From Stx2-converting phage Stx2a_F723: DNA of 62,274 nt. The stretch lies in the sequence record AP012533; one strand, 5' to 3'. The position numbers and the translations under genes were made by a program. Under the pieces are notes generated by a model that searched no databases, was not told where the DNA came from, and worked only from the letters and a program-made list of their open reading frames with translations. The number at the start of each line of letters is the position of its first letter. Within the stretch, counting starts at the first letter, position 1. This document shows positions 1 through 8,928 of this stretch, piece after piece.

Positions 1-25
1 TTATATCCATTTAACTAAGAGGACA
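1..25. repeat. Prophage att core, left copy of 25-bp direct repeat
   Basis: TTATATCCATTTAACTAAGAGGACA at 1-25 is identical to 62250-62274; integrase gene lies just inside; repeat may extend beyond the window edge. Confidence 0.7.
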
Positions 26-144
26 TTGTTGCGTATTGATTTTGGTTGTTCACCATATGACTGATAATACCGTCTTTATGGTTTTAAAATCAAGGTGTAA
101 GTTTGTTTTTGTTCATGGTTGATTATCTTCTTTTGCGTTGAAAA

Positions 145-1389
145 GTGTTTTGTTCACTTGCTAATGCGTACATATTGAGTACAGAATACATTATAAACTT
201 GTGTACAGGATATAAAGCATTGGCACTGAGCGACACCAAACTACGAGGCCTCTACGGAAAACCCTACTCTGGCCCTGCTGAAATCACCGATGGTGACGGG
301 TTAAGTGTGCGGATTACTCCAGCAGGAACTATCACGTTTCAGTACCGTTATCGCTGGAATGGTAAGCCAGTACGTCTTACTGTCGGGCGCTATCCGTCTA
401 CTTCACTGAAGGACGCGCGTGTTATCGTCGGTGAGATGCGCGCATTGTACATGAAGGGAGTTAACCCTAAAAATTATTTTGCGCCCAGTGACGGCGAACT
501 GACATTAAAAGAATGCCTGGATCAGTGGTGGGATAAGTATGTTACTGATCTGAAACCCAATACACAGACGCTTTACAGATCCGTCGTGTACAACACTATG
601 TACACACAGTTTGAAGGCTCGCCAGTTGCCAGTATCCCAGTATCGGCATGGGCTCGTTTCTTTGACAAACAAGAAAGCCTCAACAAGAAAAAGGCTCGTG
701 TTTTGTTGTTACAACTGCGTTCAGTTATTAACTGGTGTATCAGCCGCCAGTTAATCCCATCATGCGAATTACTCAAGCTTAGTGTTAAGAATATTGGGAA
801 AAAACCAGATGTAGGGAGTCGTGTACTTACCTATACGGAACTGGCAAAAATTTGGCTGGCGCTGGAGAACTCAAAAGTAGTTACTTCCAACAAGGTGTTA
901 CATCAATTGCTATTGCTATGGGGGGCCAGACTTTCTGAGCTACGTCTCGCGACAGCCAGTGAGTTCAACATGGAAGATCTGGTCTGGACAACCCCAAAAG
1001 AGCATTCAAAAATGGGGAATATTATCCGGCGTCCGGTATTCACTCAGGTTAAACCTTATATCGAGAGATTGCTTAATGCGGGTTTTGATGTGCTATTCCC
1101 CGGGCAGGAAATAGATAAACCTATTGATCGTTCGTCGGCTAATTTGTACATGAAAAAGTTAAGGGAGAAAATTGATATTCCTGAATGGAGAACGCATGAT
1201 TTTAGGCGTTCTCTGGTAACGAATTTATCTGGGGAAGGAATTATGCCCCACGTCACTGAAAAAATGCTGGGGCATGAACTTGGGGGAGTTATGGCCGTGT
1301 ATAATAAACACGACTGGTTGTCGGAACAGAAAGATGCGTATGAGTTGTATGCTGATAAAATTTTCTGGCACGCTAAACAGCTCGGTTAA
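145..1389 (+). CDS. int: Tyrosine integrase (P4-like family)
   Basis: 414-aa ORF next to att repeat; N-terminal LSDTKLRGL motif and overall layout typical of P4-type phage integrases; track start at 145 is GTG, true start uncertain. Confidence 0.85.
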   Translation: MFCSLANAYILSTEYIINLCTGYKALALSDTKLRGLYGKPYSGPAEITDGDGLSVRITPAGTITFQYRYRWNGKPVRLTVGRYPSTSLKDARVIVGEMRALYMKGVNPKNYFAPSDGELTLKECLDQWWDKYVTDLKPNTQTLYRSVVYNTMYTQFEGSPVASIPVSAWARFFDKQESLNKKKARVLLLQLRSVINWCISRQLIPSCELLKLSVKNIGKKPDVGSRVLTYTELAKIWLALENSKVVTSNKVLHQLLLLWGARLSELRLATASEFNMEDLVWTTPKEHSKMGNIIRRPVFTQVKPYIERLLNAGFDVLFPGQEIDKPIDRSSANLYMKKLREKIDIPEWRTHDFRRSLVTNLSGEGIMPHVTEKMLGHELGGVMAVYNKHDWLSEQKDAYELYADKIFWHAKQLG

Positions 1390-1555
1390 TTCCTCCGGCT
1401 TTAAGCCATTGTTCAACGGCCTGACGACTATATCGCGCCGGATGAGTAAGTACTGGTTCCGGGAATCCGTGTTTTTTTCGCAAATTATACAAAGCTGTGC
1501 GCCTTTTTTGTAACAAATCAGAAACCTCTTTTTCGGTCATTAAGTTGACTTCCAT
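1373..1555 (-). CDS. AlpA-like excisionase/DNA-binding protein
   Basis: 60-aa ORF converging on int; short HTH protein with LYNLRKKHGFPEPV and C-terminal W..L pattern typical of AlpA/Xis family. Confidence 0.6.
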   Translation of the reverse strand: MEVNLMTEKEVSDLLQKRRTALYNLRKKHGFPEPVLTHPARYSRQAVEQWLKAGGINRAV

Positions 1556-1633
1556 AGTATGCGCTCCTTTTCTACATGTATTTCAACAGCCTGATATCAT
1601 CCACGCCCTAAAGGACGTGGATTCCCGCTACGT

Positions 1634-2002
1634 TCACTCTGACAATTCGTTGATCAAGTCACGGTATTTATTCAGTTCTTGCAACGCCTTACATGCACCC
1701 TCCCATCGTTTCTGTTTCCGCCCGGCGCGGCGCGCTTCTTTCCGTGATTTACGTAGCAGGTCACCTATAATGTTGTTCTGCACTGGCTGAACTGGTTGAA
1801 CTGGTTGAACTGAATCAATATCTGTTTTGCTTCCAACTCCCTCTACTGCCTGCCAGATGCCGTTTTTTACCTTTACGATCCCCTGGTTTTTCAACTTCCA
1901 CAGCGTATCAATGACGTCATTCAAATCAATATTGAGACCTTTAGAAATGCTGTCGGCTGTTGCTTTTCCTAATTTGTTCAATTCTGTGAGTACGGCGTTC
2001 AT
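1634..2002 (-). CDS. Hypothetical protein with VQP tandem repeat
   Basis: 122-aa ORF; encodes VQPVQPVQPVQ from 9-bp tandem nucleotide repeats at about 1783-1818. Confidence 0.5.
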   Translation of the reverse strand: MNAVLTELNKLGKATADSISKGLNIDLNDVIDTLWKLKNQGIVKVKNGIWQAVEGVGSKTDIDSVQPVQPVQPVQNNIIGDLLRKSRKEARRAGRKQKRWEGACKALQELNKYRDLINELSE

Positions 2003-2037
2003 TTTTTTCTCCTGATATTTTAATGTCGGTGGGGGTG

Positions 2038-2250
2038 TTATGCGATTGGTGAGGTGTCAGCTTCTTCTACCAGCTTTTCCAGTTCATCCAGCTTTCGGGA
2101 AAGAATTTCACCAAACAGATGAAGTTCTGTATCTGCTGTGATCGGGATCGGAACAAAGCGTATTCCACTTCTGGCAAGTTGATTTGCGATTTCCAGGCAC
2201 TGCCTTAATTCAACTGGTGATGCCTTTGTCAACGTCGTTTTTTCGCTCAT
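2038..2250 (-). CDS. DUF1382-like small protein
   Basis: Internal ATG at 2250 gives [37 protein letters not shown]..., a paralogue of the ORF at 7905-8096; longer track ORF (to 2334) overlaps the methylase. Confidence 0.55.
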   Translation of the reverse strand: MSEKTTLTKASPVELRQCLEIANQLARSGIRFVPIPITADTELHLFGEILSRKLDELEKLVEEADTSPIA

Positions 2251-2836
2251 TGGTTTTCTCCAGAAATTTAACAATACCCGGAACCATCTCAATGGATGGT
2301 GTTCCGCATTGGTTACCCCAGACATCAAATCCATGCGAGGTGTGACGGGCGAACAGTTCTATCCGGGGAACATCGCCAAGAAGTTGCACAAGTTTTTCTC
2401 GCGCCATATCCGGCTTGCGGGAGTGATCAAGGCGCGGTGCAGTGAATGACTGGATTATTCCGGCGTTAATGCGTTCAGGCAGATTTCCTTTCACTGCAAA
2501 AAGGCAGTCTTCGCTGTTAGCGCGAGTGGTGCTACCCATACCCATGACCAGCTTGTCGGTCTGTCTTTTCCCGCATTTGTTCCAGGTTAATCCTTTCATC
2601 GTCACCAGACGAAAGCCCCACGCTTCTACAACCTTCAATGCTTCAAGTGGTTGTGTAGGCACCCACCACATAGCCAACAGGCAATTATCGGCTGCCAGTT
2701 CCCATACCGGGAGGCGGCAGATATCCAGAAGACTCATGACCGGATATTTAAAACTTGCACCGCGTTGACCATCGGTTGCTTTGTCTCGGAATGTCCAGGG
2801 GGGATCTGCGTAAATGAGAGTGTATTTTTTCGTCAT
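2210..2836 (-). CDS. MT-A70 family DNA adenine methyltransferase
   Basis: 208-aa ORF with catalytic DPPW motif (IYADPPWTF) characteristic of MT-A70 N6-adenine methyltransferases. Confidence 0.8.
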   Translation of the reverse strand: MTKKYTLIYADPPWTFRDKATDGQRGASFKYPVMSLLDICRLPVWELAADNCLLAMWWVPTQPLEALKVVEAWGFRLVTMKGLTWNKCGKRQTDKLVMGMGSTTRANSEDCLFAVKGNLPERINAGIIQSFTAPRLDHSRKPDMAREKLVQLLGDVPRIELFARHTSHGFDVWGNQCGTPSIEMVPGIVKFLEKTNERKNDVDKGITS

Positions 2837-3063
2837 AGCGCGTTTTCAAACTCATCAATGTAAAGTGCAACAAGTGCAACGCATCGTCTGAAATCGGCTG
2901 CGTCATGTGGAGCACCGAAGCTATGACCATAGATATTCTTTTTCAGTCCACATGCGATTGAGGCAAGAGTTGCGCTACTGATGCCAACATAGTCAGTCGA
3001 TTGCCATTTCAAAACCTTCATAGCCAAATCTGACATTTCTTGTCTCCAATAAAAAACCGCCAT
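2833..3063 (-). CDS. Hypothetical protein
   Basis: 76-aa ORF whose stop overlaps the methylase start (ATGA-type coupling). Confidence 0.45.
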   Translation of the reverse strand: MAVFYWRQEMSDLAMKVLKWQSTDYVGISSATLASIACGLKKNIYGHSFGAPHDAADFRRCVALVALYIDEFENAL

Positions 3064-3230
3064 CAGGCGGCTTGGTGTTCTTTCAGTTCTTCAATTCGAA
3101 TATTGGTTACTTCTGCATGTGCTATCTGCGCCCATATCATCCAGTGGTCATAGCAGTCATTGATATTCTCCGCTTCGATAACTCTGTTGAATGGTTCTCC
3201 ATTCCATTCACCTGTGAATTTGAATTTCAT
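3063..3230 (-). CDS. Hypothetical small protein (55 aa)
   Basis: Hand-translated MKFKFTGEWNGEPFNRVIEAENINDCYDHWMIWAQIAHAEVTNIRIEELKEHQAA; SD AGGTGA upstream; stop overlaps start of next gene; below ORF-track size cutoff. Confidence 0.35.
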   Translation of the reverse strand: MKFKFTGEWNGEPFNRVIEAENINDCYDHWMIWAQIAHAEVTNIRIEELKEHQAA

Positions 3231-3244
3231 TAAGTTTCACCTGT

Positions 3245-3266
3245 AAAAAAAGGAGCCGAAGCTCCT
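3245..3266 (-). terminator. Rho-independent terminator downstream of antA-like gene
   Basis: GGAGC-CGAA-GCTCC hairpin followed by T-tract on minus strand. Confidence 0.55.
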
Positions 3267-3272
3267 TTGATA

Positions 3273-3896
3273 TTAAAATTCGAATTGTCTCGCCCGAAGG
3301 CTTTTTAACATTGGTCTTGCCCGTTCGAAAATGGCGCTTGTCTGGTCAATTCGTGTTGCCTCCCTGAGCAATGCGTCTCTGTTTTTCGTCACCGTGTAGA
3401 AAGTCTCAAACGCGATGTCATACAGCTTGCTCGCGTATGATGAGTTCAGTTCCTTCAATATCGGATACAGGCGTTTGCTGATGTCCTGTGCTTTCTCCAT
3501 CTGTACCTGCATGTAGCAGAGGAGGATGATTTCCTCGTCTGTGAATTGCTGTGCTGGTTGCATGCTGCGAAGTTTCTTTTCGCACTCGATGAAGTATCGG
3601 CGTATCTGGCGGCCTTTTTCGTTACGCTCAACCATCGCCAGTTCTTTGGCTGTGTCGAGAGTTAGGTGGTAGTCCTTGCTACGGCGATCACCTCCTCGCC
3701 CTTTGGTTTGCCCATTTTGGCAAATCAAAATATAGTCCTGGCTTTCAACGAATCCATATTCAGCAATGCGTTCTTTAACCCAGTGCGCGAACATTCTGCC
3801 CACACCAAGAAAAGAGTGTAGATCACGAGCGTTAACTAGAAGAATTGTTTCGTTGTCGATAGTGCCGTTGAATACGGGGATGAGTTGACTGGTCAT
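3273..3896 (-). CDS. AntA/Bro-N family antirepressor-like protein
   Basis: Start at ATG 3896 with AGGAGG SD (MTSQLIPVFNGT...); N-terminal AntA-like region and C-terminal KilAC-like region recognised by similarity. Confidence 0.65.
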   Translation of the reverse strand: MTSQLIPVFNGTIDNETILLVNARDLHSFLGVGRMFAHWVKERIAEYGFVESQDYILICQNGQTKGRGGDRRSKDYHLTLDTAKELAMVERNEKGRQIRRYFIECEKKLRSMQPAQQFTDEEIILLCYMQVQMEKAQDISKRLYPILKELNSSYASKLYDIAFETFYTVTKNRDALLREATRIDQTSAIFERARPMLKSLRARQFEF

Positions 3897-3925
3897 GATG
3901 ACCTCCTTTGAAGTTTTAGTTAGCA

Positions 3926-3948
3926 ATCACCAGTTAGTGGCTGGTGAT
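3926..3948. promoter_or_regulatory. Operator-like dyad upstream of antirepressor gene
   Basis: ATCACCAG-ttagtgg-CTGGTGAT perfect 8-bp inverted repeat 30 bp upstream of the antA-like start; arms resemble lambda operator half-sites (ATCACC). Confidence 0.35.
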
Positions 3949-4251
3949 CGGGTGTCAACTAGAGCCTTCAAAGATGCTCCGGGCATATTCCCCTTGCGGG
4001 TATTGTATTACGCCTCTCCACCCGACCTTTGTACGGATGTGACTATGCCAAATTGCAGGCATAAAAAAGCCGCAAAGCTATCGGGTGCGGATGACCGCTT
4101 TGAAGTTCTAGTGCGGTCAGTATGCGATAGCTCTGGCGGATTTGTCAAATCATGTAGGCCTTATCTTGCTGTAAGCCGCGCCATTCGGGCTTTTCCCCAG
4201 ATTTGGGGGAAACTATCTGCGAAGTATTCACCTTTAACGGCAAGTTGCAGG

Positions 4252-4539
4252 TTAGCCACGACCTTCCTCCTTTGGCTTGTGAATTTGTATCGTCATGTCG
4301 CTTTGAGTGGTGACTACAATGATAGAACCAGGCTGAAGGCTGTTAAGATTGAATGCTTCGTAAAACGAATCCAAGGCCAGCGCTTTTTTATTCTTTCGGT
4401 TCCACCAACGCCATCCCTTGCTACAGGCTACACTGACAATCCACTGTCCACTCCTATAAGCCAAATAAAACCAGATGAGCAAAACCTGAAGGAATGCTAT
4501 CCAGTCAATAATCGTATATTTCGCGAAGGAGTCCATCAA
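4252..4539 (-). CDS. Hypothetical membrane-like protein
   Basis: 95-aa ORF with hydrophobic N-terminus; start overlaps stop of upstream gene at 4536. Confidence 0.4.
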   Translation of the reverse strand: MMDSFAKYTIIDWIAFLQVLLIWFYLAYRSGQWIVSVACSKGWRWWNRKNKKALALDSFYEAFNLNSLQPGSIIVVTTQSDMTIQIHKPKEEGRG

Positions 4540-5153
4540 TTAACCTCCTGCGGCGGTTCTGGTAGCGGCATCCAGTGAGTTGCTTGCTCAATACCATTAC
4601 CCGGCTTAATCGTTGCATCTCCGCGCCGAAAGGTGCTTCCGGTATAGCGTGCGGAGCATATTAGCGGTTCAACCAGAGAGCTATCGAAATTCACCGAAAT
4701 AAGCACGTTCTGGCCCTTTTCAGGCATTCGATCACTACAGCTTATCCAACTATCCGGAGTTACCGGAGAGTTACCAGCCTCATAAGCGGATTTCATCCAG
4801 TGCGTAAGCGTTTCGATGCTTACACATCCGCAATCAACGTCTATTTTTTCTTTTTGTTCTGACAACCATTCCTGGAATGACAGCTTGGCAGTCTGGCTTG
4901 CTGGATCAATTCGTGGCAGGCCGATATATAGTGGTACATTTCCCGGCTCCATCGAATTGTCGGGACAAATAAACGTGTTACAACCATATTTAACGAGCTC
5001 AATTCCCACTGTGTCGATAGTGGCGAATGGTTCAGTGGTCAATGCAGTCAACGCAATTTCATAAGCACGGCGCTCAATATTATCTCGCACGTCCAGGCTG
5101 CCGATTCGCTCTTTGATTTCTTTAATCATTTCTTTGTCGGTGAACGTTGTCAT
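4536..5153 (-). CDS. Hypothetical phage protein (DUF551-like C-terminus)
   Basis: 205-aa ORF; C-terminal ...ATHWMPLPEPPQE resembles DUF551 phage proteins. Confidence 0.5.
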   Translation of the reverse strand: MTTFTDKEMIKEIKERIGSLDVRDNIERRAYEIALTALTTEPFATIDTVGIELVKYGCNTFICPDNSMEPGNVPLYIGLPRIDPASQTAKLSFQEWLSEQKEKIDVDCGCVSIETLTHWMKSAYEAGNSPVTPDSWISCSDRMPEKGQNVLISVNFDSSLVEPLICSARYTGSTFRRGDATIKPGNGIEQATHWMPLPEPPQEVN

Positions 5154-5156
5154 GTG

Positions 5157-5444
5157 TTAGTCCTTATCCACTTCAACGCCATCTTTCAGCGTGATGCCGT
5201 GCCAATCATCAGCCCAACTGGTTAACCCAGGCGCATCAATGCTAGGCATATAGACGCTTGCAGTGTGGTAGCCCTTATCGTTATCAATGCTGGCAACGTG
5301 CTCGCCGTTGTATGCGCTCAGCGTGTCTAGGACACTATAAAACTTTCCTCCGGCTGCCCTGAAATCCTTTACAGCCTTCACAAGACGATTCCACGCTTTT
5401 TCCTGTTCTGGCGTCAGGTCGATTAATTCCTGCAAAGTTGCCAT
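5157..5444 (-). CDS. Hypothetical protein
   Basis: ATG at 5444 (MATLQELIDLTPEQEKAW...), 1 bp after stop of upstream gene; track ORF extends to 5522. Confidence 0.5.
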   Translation of the reverse strand: MATLQELIDLTPEQEKAWNRLVKAVKDFRAAGGKFYSVLDTLSAYNGEHVASIDNDKGYHTASVYMPSIDAPGLTSWADDWHGITLKDGVEVDKD

Positions 5445-5445
5445 T

Positions 5446-5664
5446 TCAGTTTTCCTTATATGGGTTAATTTTATTGTGCAGTGTGTTGAACGACGCCCAT
5501 ACCACGTCGTTATACAACTCAATAACTAGCTCAATTATTTTCCCGATTGCCCAGACAAAAATTAGCGGGGATATCGGTGTCATCAACACGATAAACAGAA
5601 TGAGAAACAAAAATTCTGTCGCTCTACTTTTTCGCGGATATTCTTTTCTGAATAATGTAGGCAC
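5446..5664 (-). CDS. Hypothetical small membrane protein
   Basis: 72-aa ORF with long hydrophobic stretch (FLFLILFIVLMTPISPLIFVWAIG). Confidence 0.45.
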   Translation of the reverse strand: MPTLFRKEYPRKSRATEFLFLILFIVLMTPISPLIFVWAIGKIIELVIELYNDVVWASFNTLHNKINPYKEN

Positions 5665-5665
5665 A

Positions 5666-5881
5666 TCACTCTCCTTTGTTGCTCCTCAAAATTTTATGCC
5701 CTGGCGCAAAAGCACGCGTTTTGTCTTTGTTTATTCGCCAGCCATCCTTGCGCGCCTCTTTTGCACAGCCAGCCCATGACGTACCGATATACTCACCGAA
5801 ATCTGGCGTTTGATATTTACCATTTGTACACTGGCGACAATCACAGTAGAGATGCATGGTGTAACTTGCGGCAATAGCCAT
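5666..5881 (-). CDS. Hypothetical Cys-rich small protein
   Basis: 71-aa ORF with CDCRQC...C pattern suggesting a metal-binding site. Confidence 0.4.
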   Translation of the reverse strand: MAIAASYTMHLYCDCRQCTNGKYQTPDFGEYIGTSWAGCAKEARKDGWRINKDKTRAFAPGHKILRSNKGE

Positions 5882-6347
5882 ATCCCCCTCCTTTACCCTG
5901 AAGCATGGCGTCGCTCCGCTCTATACCATCCAGCGCGATTCGCAGTGCCTGAATTGTGGTAGTGCTATCGTTTGGGGCTATTCCATATCGCTCGAATACA
6001 GCTAAATGGTTGCGCATAATCTCAGGCGTAAGCTCTTTGTAAGCATAAGCAAGAGGCTCTGATGCATTATCCGGCACAACCGACGCAGGCGCGGCAGCAT
6101 AAACAGGAATAACGTCCGCTTGCTCTTTATTGCTTTCATCCGTTAAAGCCCAGAATAATTTCCCGGCCGGATGTTTGAAAATATAAGCAACTGGTTCTGC
6201 ACTATCAGCTTCGCGCCGCTTCTGTAGCTCTGCTGCCATCGCTCTCACGACTTCAACTGGTGCCCTTGCAGCAAACTCCATGTTGGTGATCAGCTCATTA
6301 AGAAATTGCTCGCTGGGATACTGTTTCTTATCGGTTATAGTGGTCAT
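5841..6347 (-). CDS. Hypothetical protein
   Basis: ATG at 6347 (MTTITDKKQYPSEQF...) immediately after stop of upstream gene; track ORF extends to 6377. Confidence 0.5.
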   Translation of the reverse strand: MTTITDKKQYPSEQFLNELITNMEFAARAPVEVVRAMAAELQKRREADSAEPVAYIFKHPAGKLFWALTDESNKEQADVIPVYAAAPASVVPDNASEPLAYAYKELTPEIMRNHLAVFERYGIAPNDSTTTIQALRIALDGIERSDAMLQGKGGGYGYCRKLHHASLL

Positions 6348-6348
6348 A

Positions 6349-7296
6349 TCACTCTCCTTTGATGCGAATGCCAGCAAGCCAGTTTCTTATGCCGATATAT
6401 TCAGCGTTCCTGAAACCGCTTTTTACATATATAAATGGCAATCGAAGATTGTGACCATTGACTGCTAGGTAATCTTTACAACCCTGTTCGGTGAAACAGC
6501 AGGTAACGAATTCATCAATATCTTTCACAGCAACGCGCCGCCATTTTTCTGGTGGCTCCCGAAAGTTTTCATGAAGTAGTTCGAGACGACGACTTTGGAG
6601 TTTATTGGCTTCATTGCCATCTTCATCAACCCAGACAATCCGGTCATAGTCATAATCAGCATCAACAACGATTTCGCGCTTTTGATACACACAAAACATA
6701 GGATCTGACGTTATTCGATTATCCTGTGTTCGAATATTTTCACCGATGATGCCAAACGAATCTGGTGCAGATTTTGTCTGCATCTCTTCGATACGTTCAG
6801 CCATCGCAGCACACTCTTCAAAGTTGCTTAATGCTTTTCGCTCCCATTCGGCGCATTGTTTTTCCAGTTCTGCTATGTGCTTACTTCCATCCGAGATAAC
6901 GCCCTCGTAATACTCACGCTGCTCGTTGAGTTTTGATTTTGCTGCTTCAAGCTCAACGCGCAGCTTCCCTACCGTTAGCGCAATATCCTCGTTCTCCTGG
7001 TCGCGGCGTTTGATGTATTGCTGGTTTCTTTCCCGTTCATCCAGCAGTGCCAGCGCAACATTTGGATTAAAGGCAGCAATAAATTCAGCGTTTGCGTAAG
7101 CCTGAGCATCTGTTTCAACCAGGCAGTTAACATGACATTCTGCAATCACGCCACCGGGTTCTCCTTTCCATTTTTGGCAAACAAAAACTCCTGTTAAATT
7201 GCCGTGTTGGTTAACAGATGTATGCCCTACGATGTAGCTTCCTTTAGTTGCTTTCTCTGCCTTTTCACGCAGTGCCTGATAATTAATTTCGCTCAC
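6349..7296 (-). CDS. Ea22-like coiled-coil protein
   Basis: 315-aa ORF with central coiled-coil region, in the position of lambda ea22; family assignment by recollection. Confidence 0.5.
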   Translation of the reverse strand: MSEINYQALREKAEKATKGSYIVGHTSVNQHGNLTGVFVCQKWKGEPGGVIAECHVNCLVETDAQAYANAEFIAAFNPNVALALLDERERNQQYIKRRDQENEDIALTVGKLRVELEAAKSKLNEQREYYEGVISDGSKHIAELEKQCAEWERKALSNFEECAAMAERIEEMQTKSAPDSFGIIGENIRTQDNRITSDPMFCVYQKREIVVDADYDYDRIVWVDEDGNEANKLQSRRLELLHENFREPPEKWRRVAVKDIDEFVTCCFTEQGCKDYLAVNGHNLRLPFIYVKSGFRNAEYIGIRNWLAGIRIKGE

Positions 7297-7514
7297 TTCG
7301 AACCTCTCTGTTTACTGATAAGCTCCAGATCCTCCTGGCAACTTGCACAAGTCCGACAACCCTGAACGGCCAGGCGTCTTCGCTCATCTATGGGATCGCC
7401 ACACTCACAACAATGAGTGGCAGATATAGCCTGGTGGTTCAGGCGGCGCATTTTTATTGCGGTGTTGCGCTGTAATTCTTCAATTTCTGATGCTGAATCA
7501 ATGAGGTCTGCCAT
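7293..7514 (-). CDS. TraR/DksA-family zinc-finger protein
   Basis: 73-aa ORF with CxxC-(17)-CxxC motif (CECGDPIDERRRLAVQGCRTCASCQ). Confidence 0.6.
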   Translation of the reverse strand: MADLIDSASEIEELQRNTAIKMRRLNHQAISATHCCECGDPIDERRRLAVQGCRTCASCQEDLELISKQRGSK

Positions 7515-7567
7515 CTTTCATTAATCCCTGAATTGTTGGTTAATACGCTTGAGGGTGAATGCGAATA

Positions 7568-7590
7568 ATAAAAAAGGAGCCTGTAGCTCC
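7568..7590 (-). terminator. Rho-independent terminator
   Basis: GGAGC-CTGTA-GCTCC hairpin followed by T-tract on minus strand. Confidence 0.5.
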
Positions 7591-7612
7591 CTGATGATTT
7601 TGCTTTTCATGT

Positions 7613-7894
7613 TCACCGTTCCTTAAAGACGCCGTTTAACATACCGATTGCCAGACTTAAGTGAGTCGGTGTGAATCCCATCAGCGTTACCGTTTCGCGG
7701 TGCTTCTTCAGTACGCTACGGCAAATGTCATCGACGTTTTTATCCGGAAACTGCTGTCTGGCTTTTTTGATTTCAGAATTAGCCTGACGGGCAATGCTGC
7801 GAAGGGCGTTTTCCTGCTGAGGTGTCATTGAACAAGTCCCATGTCGGCAAGCATAAGCACACAGAATATAAAGCCCGCTGCCAGAAGAATGCAT
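7613..7894 (-). CDS. Hypothetical protein
   Basis: 93-aa ORF; start uncertain (internal Met at MTPQQENALR possible). Confidence 0.45.
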   Translation of the reverse strand: MHSSGSGLYILCAYACRHGTCSMTPQQENALRSIARQANSEIKKARQQFPDKNVDDICRSVLKKHRETVTLMGFTPTHLSLAIGMLNGVFKER

Positions 7895-7904
7895 TCAGTG
7901 GTTG

Positions 7905-8096
7905 TCATACCTGGTCTCTCTCATCTGCTTCTGCTTTCGCCACCATCATTTCCAGCTTTTGTGAAAGGGATGCGGCTAACGTATGAAATTCTTCGTCTGT
8001 TTCTACTGGTATTGGCACAAACCTGACTCCAATTTGAGCAAGGCTATGTGCCATCTCAATGCTCGTTCTTAACTCAACAGGAGATGCTTTGTGCAT
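7905..8096 (-). CDS. DUF1382-like small protein
   Basis: 63-aa [34 protein letters not shown]...; paralogue of 2038-2250. Confidence 0.55.
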   Translation of the reverse strand: MHKASPVELRTSIEMAHSLAQIGVRFVPIPVETDEEFHTLAASLSQKLEMMVAKAEADERDQV

Positions 8097-8257
8097 ACAG
8101 CCCCTCGTTTATTATTTATCTCCTCAGCCAGCCGCTGGGCTTTCAGTGGATTTTGGATAACAGAAAGGCCGGGAAATACCCAGCCTCGCTTTGTAACGGA
8201 GTAGACGAAAGTGATCGTGCCTACGCGGATATTATCGTGAGGATGCTTCATCGCCAT
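8069..8257 (-). CDS. Hypothetical lambdoid early protein
   Basis: 62-aa ORF immediately downstream of exo. Confidence 0.45.
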   Translation of the reverse strand: MAMKHPHDNIRVGTITFVYSVTKRGWVFPGLSVIQNPLKAQRLAEEINNKRGAVCTKHLLLS

Positions 8258-8928
8258 TGCTCCCCAAATACAAAACCAATTTCAGCCAGTGCCTCGTCCA
8301 TTTTTTCGATGAACTCCGGCACCATCTCGTCAAAACTCGCCATGTACTTTTCATCCCGCTCAACCACGACATAATGCAGTCCTTCACGCTTCATACGCGG
8401 GTCATAGTTGGCAAAGTACCAGGCATCTTTTCGCGTCACCCACATGCTGTACTGCACCTGGGCCAGGTAAGCCGATTTTATGGCCTCGAAACCACCGAGC
8501 CGGAATTTCATGAAATCCCGGGAGGTAAACGGGCATTTCAGTTCAAGGCCGTTGCCGTCACTGCATAAACCATCGGGAGAGCAGGCTGTACGCATACTTT
8601 CGTCGCGATAGATAATCGGGGATTCAGTAACATTCACGCCGGAGGTGAACTCAAACAGGACTCTGGCGTCGTTCTCGTATTGTTTTCCCCAGGCCAGTGC
8701 TTTGGCATTAACTTCCGGAGCCACACCGGTGCAAACCTCAGCAAGCAGGGTGTGGAAGTAGGACATTTTCATGTCAGGCCATTTCTTTCCTGAACGGGGT
8801 TTTGCTATCACGTTGTGAACTTCTGAAGCTGTAATGACGCCGAGCCGTAATTTGTGCCACGCATCATCCCCCTGTTCGACAGCTCTCACGTCGATCCCGG
8901 TACGCTGCAGGATAATGTCCGGTGTCAT
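8248..8928 (-). CDS. exo: Lambda-type exonuclease (Red alpha)
   Basis: 226-aa ORF closely matching lambda Exo as recalled; located downstream of bet. Confidence 0.9.
   Translation of the reverse strand: MTPDIILQRTGIDVRAVEQGDDAWHKLRLGVITASEVHNVIAKPRSGKKWPDMKMSYFHTLLAEVCTGVAPEVNAKALAWGKQYENDARVLFEFTSGVNVTESPIIYRDESMRTACSPDGLCSDGNGLELKCPFTSRDFMKFRLGGFEAIKSAYLAQVQYSMWVTRKDAWYFANYDPRMKREGLHYVVVERDEKYMASFDEMVPEFIEKMDEALAEIGFVFGEQWR

Noticed and set aside
145-1389. Alternative start for integrase
   Set aside because: The only in-frame start before the conserved N-terminal motif is the GTG at 145; no better ATG with an SD was found, so the track coordinates were kept with the start flagged as uncertain.
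3895-4578. 227-aa plus-strand ORF
   Set aside because: Runs antisense across the antA promoter region and the minus-strand gene at 4252-4539; contains the operator dyad and a terminator-like hairpin.
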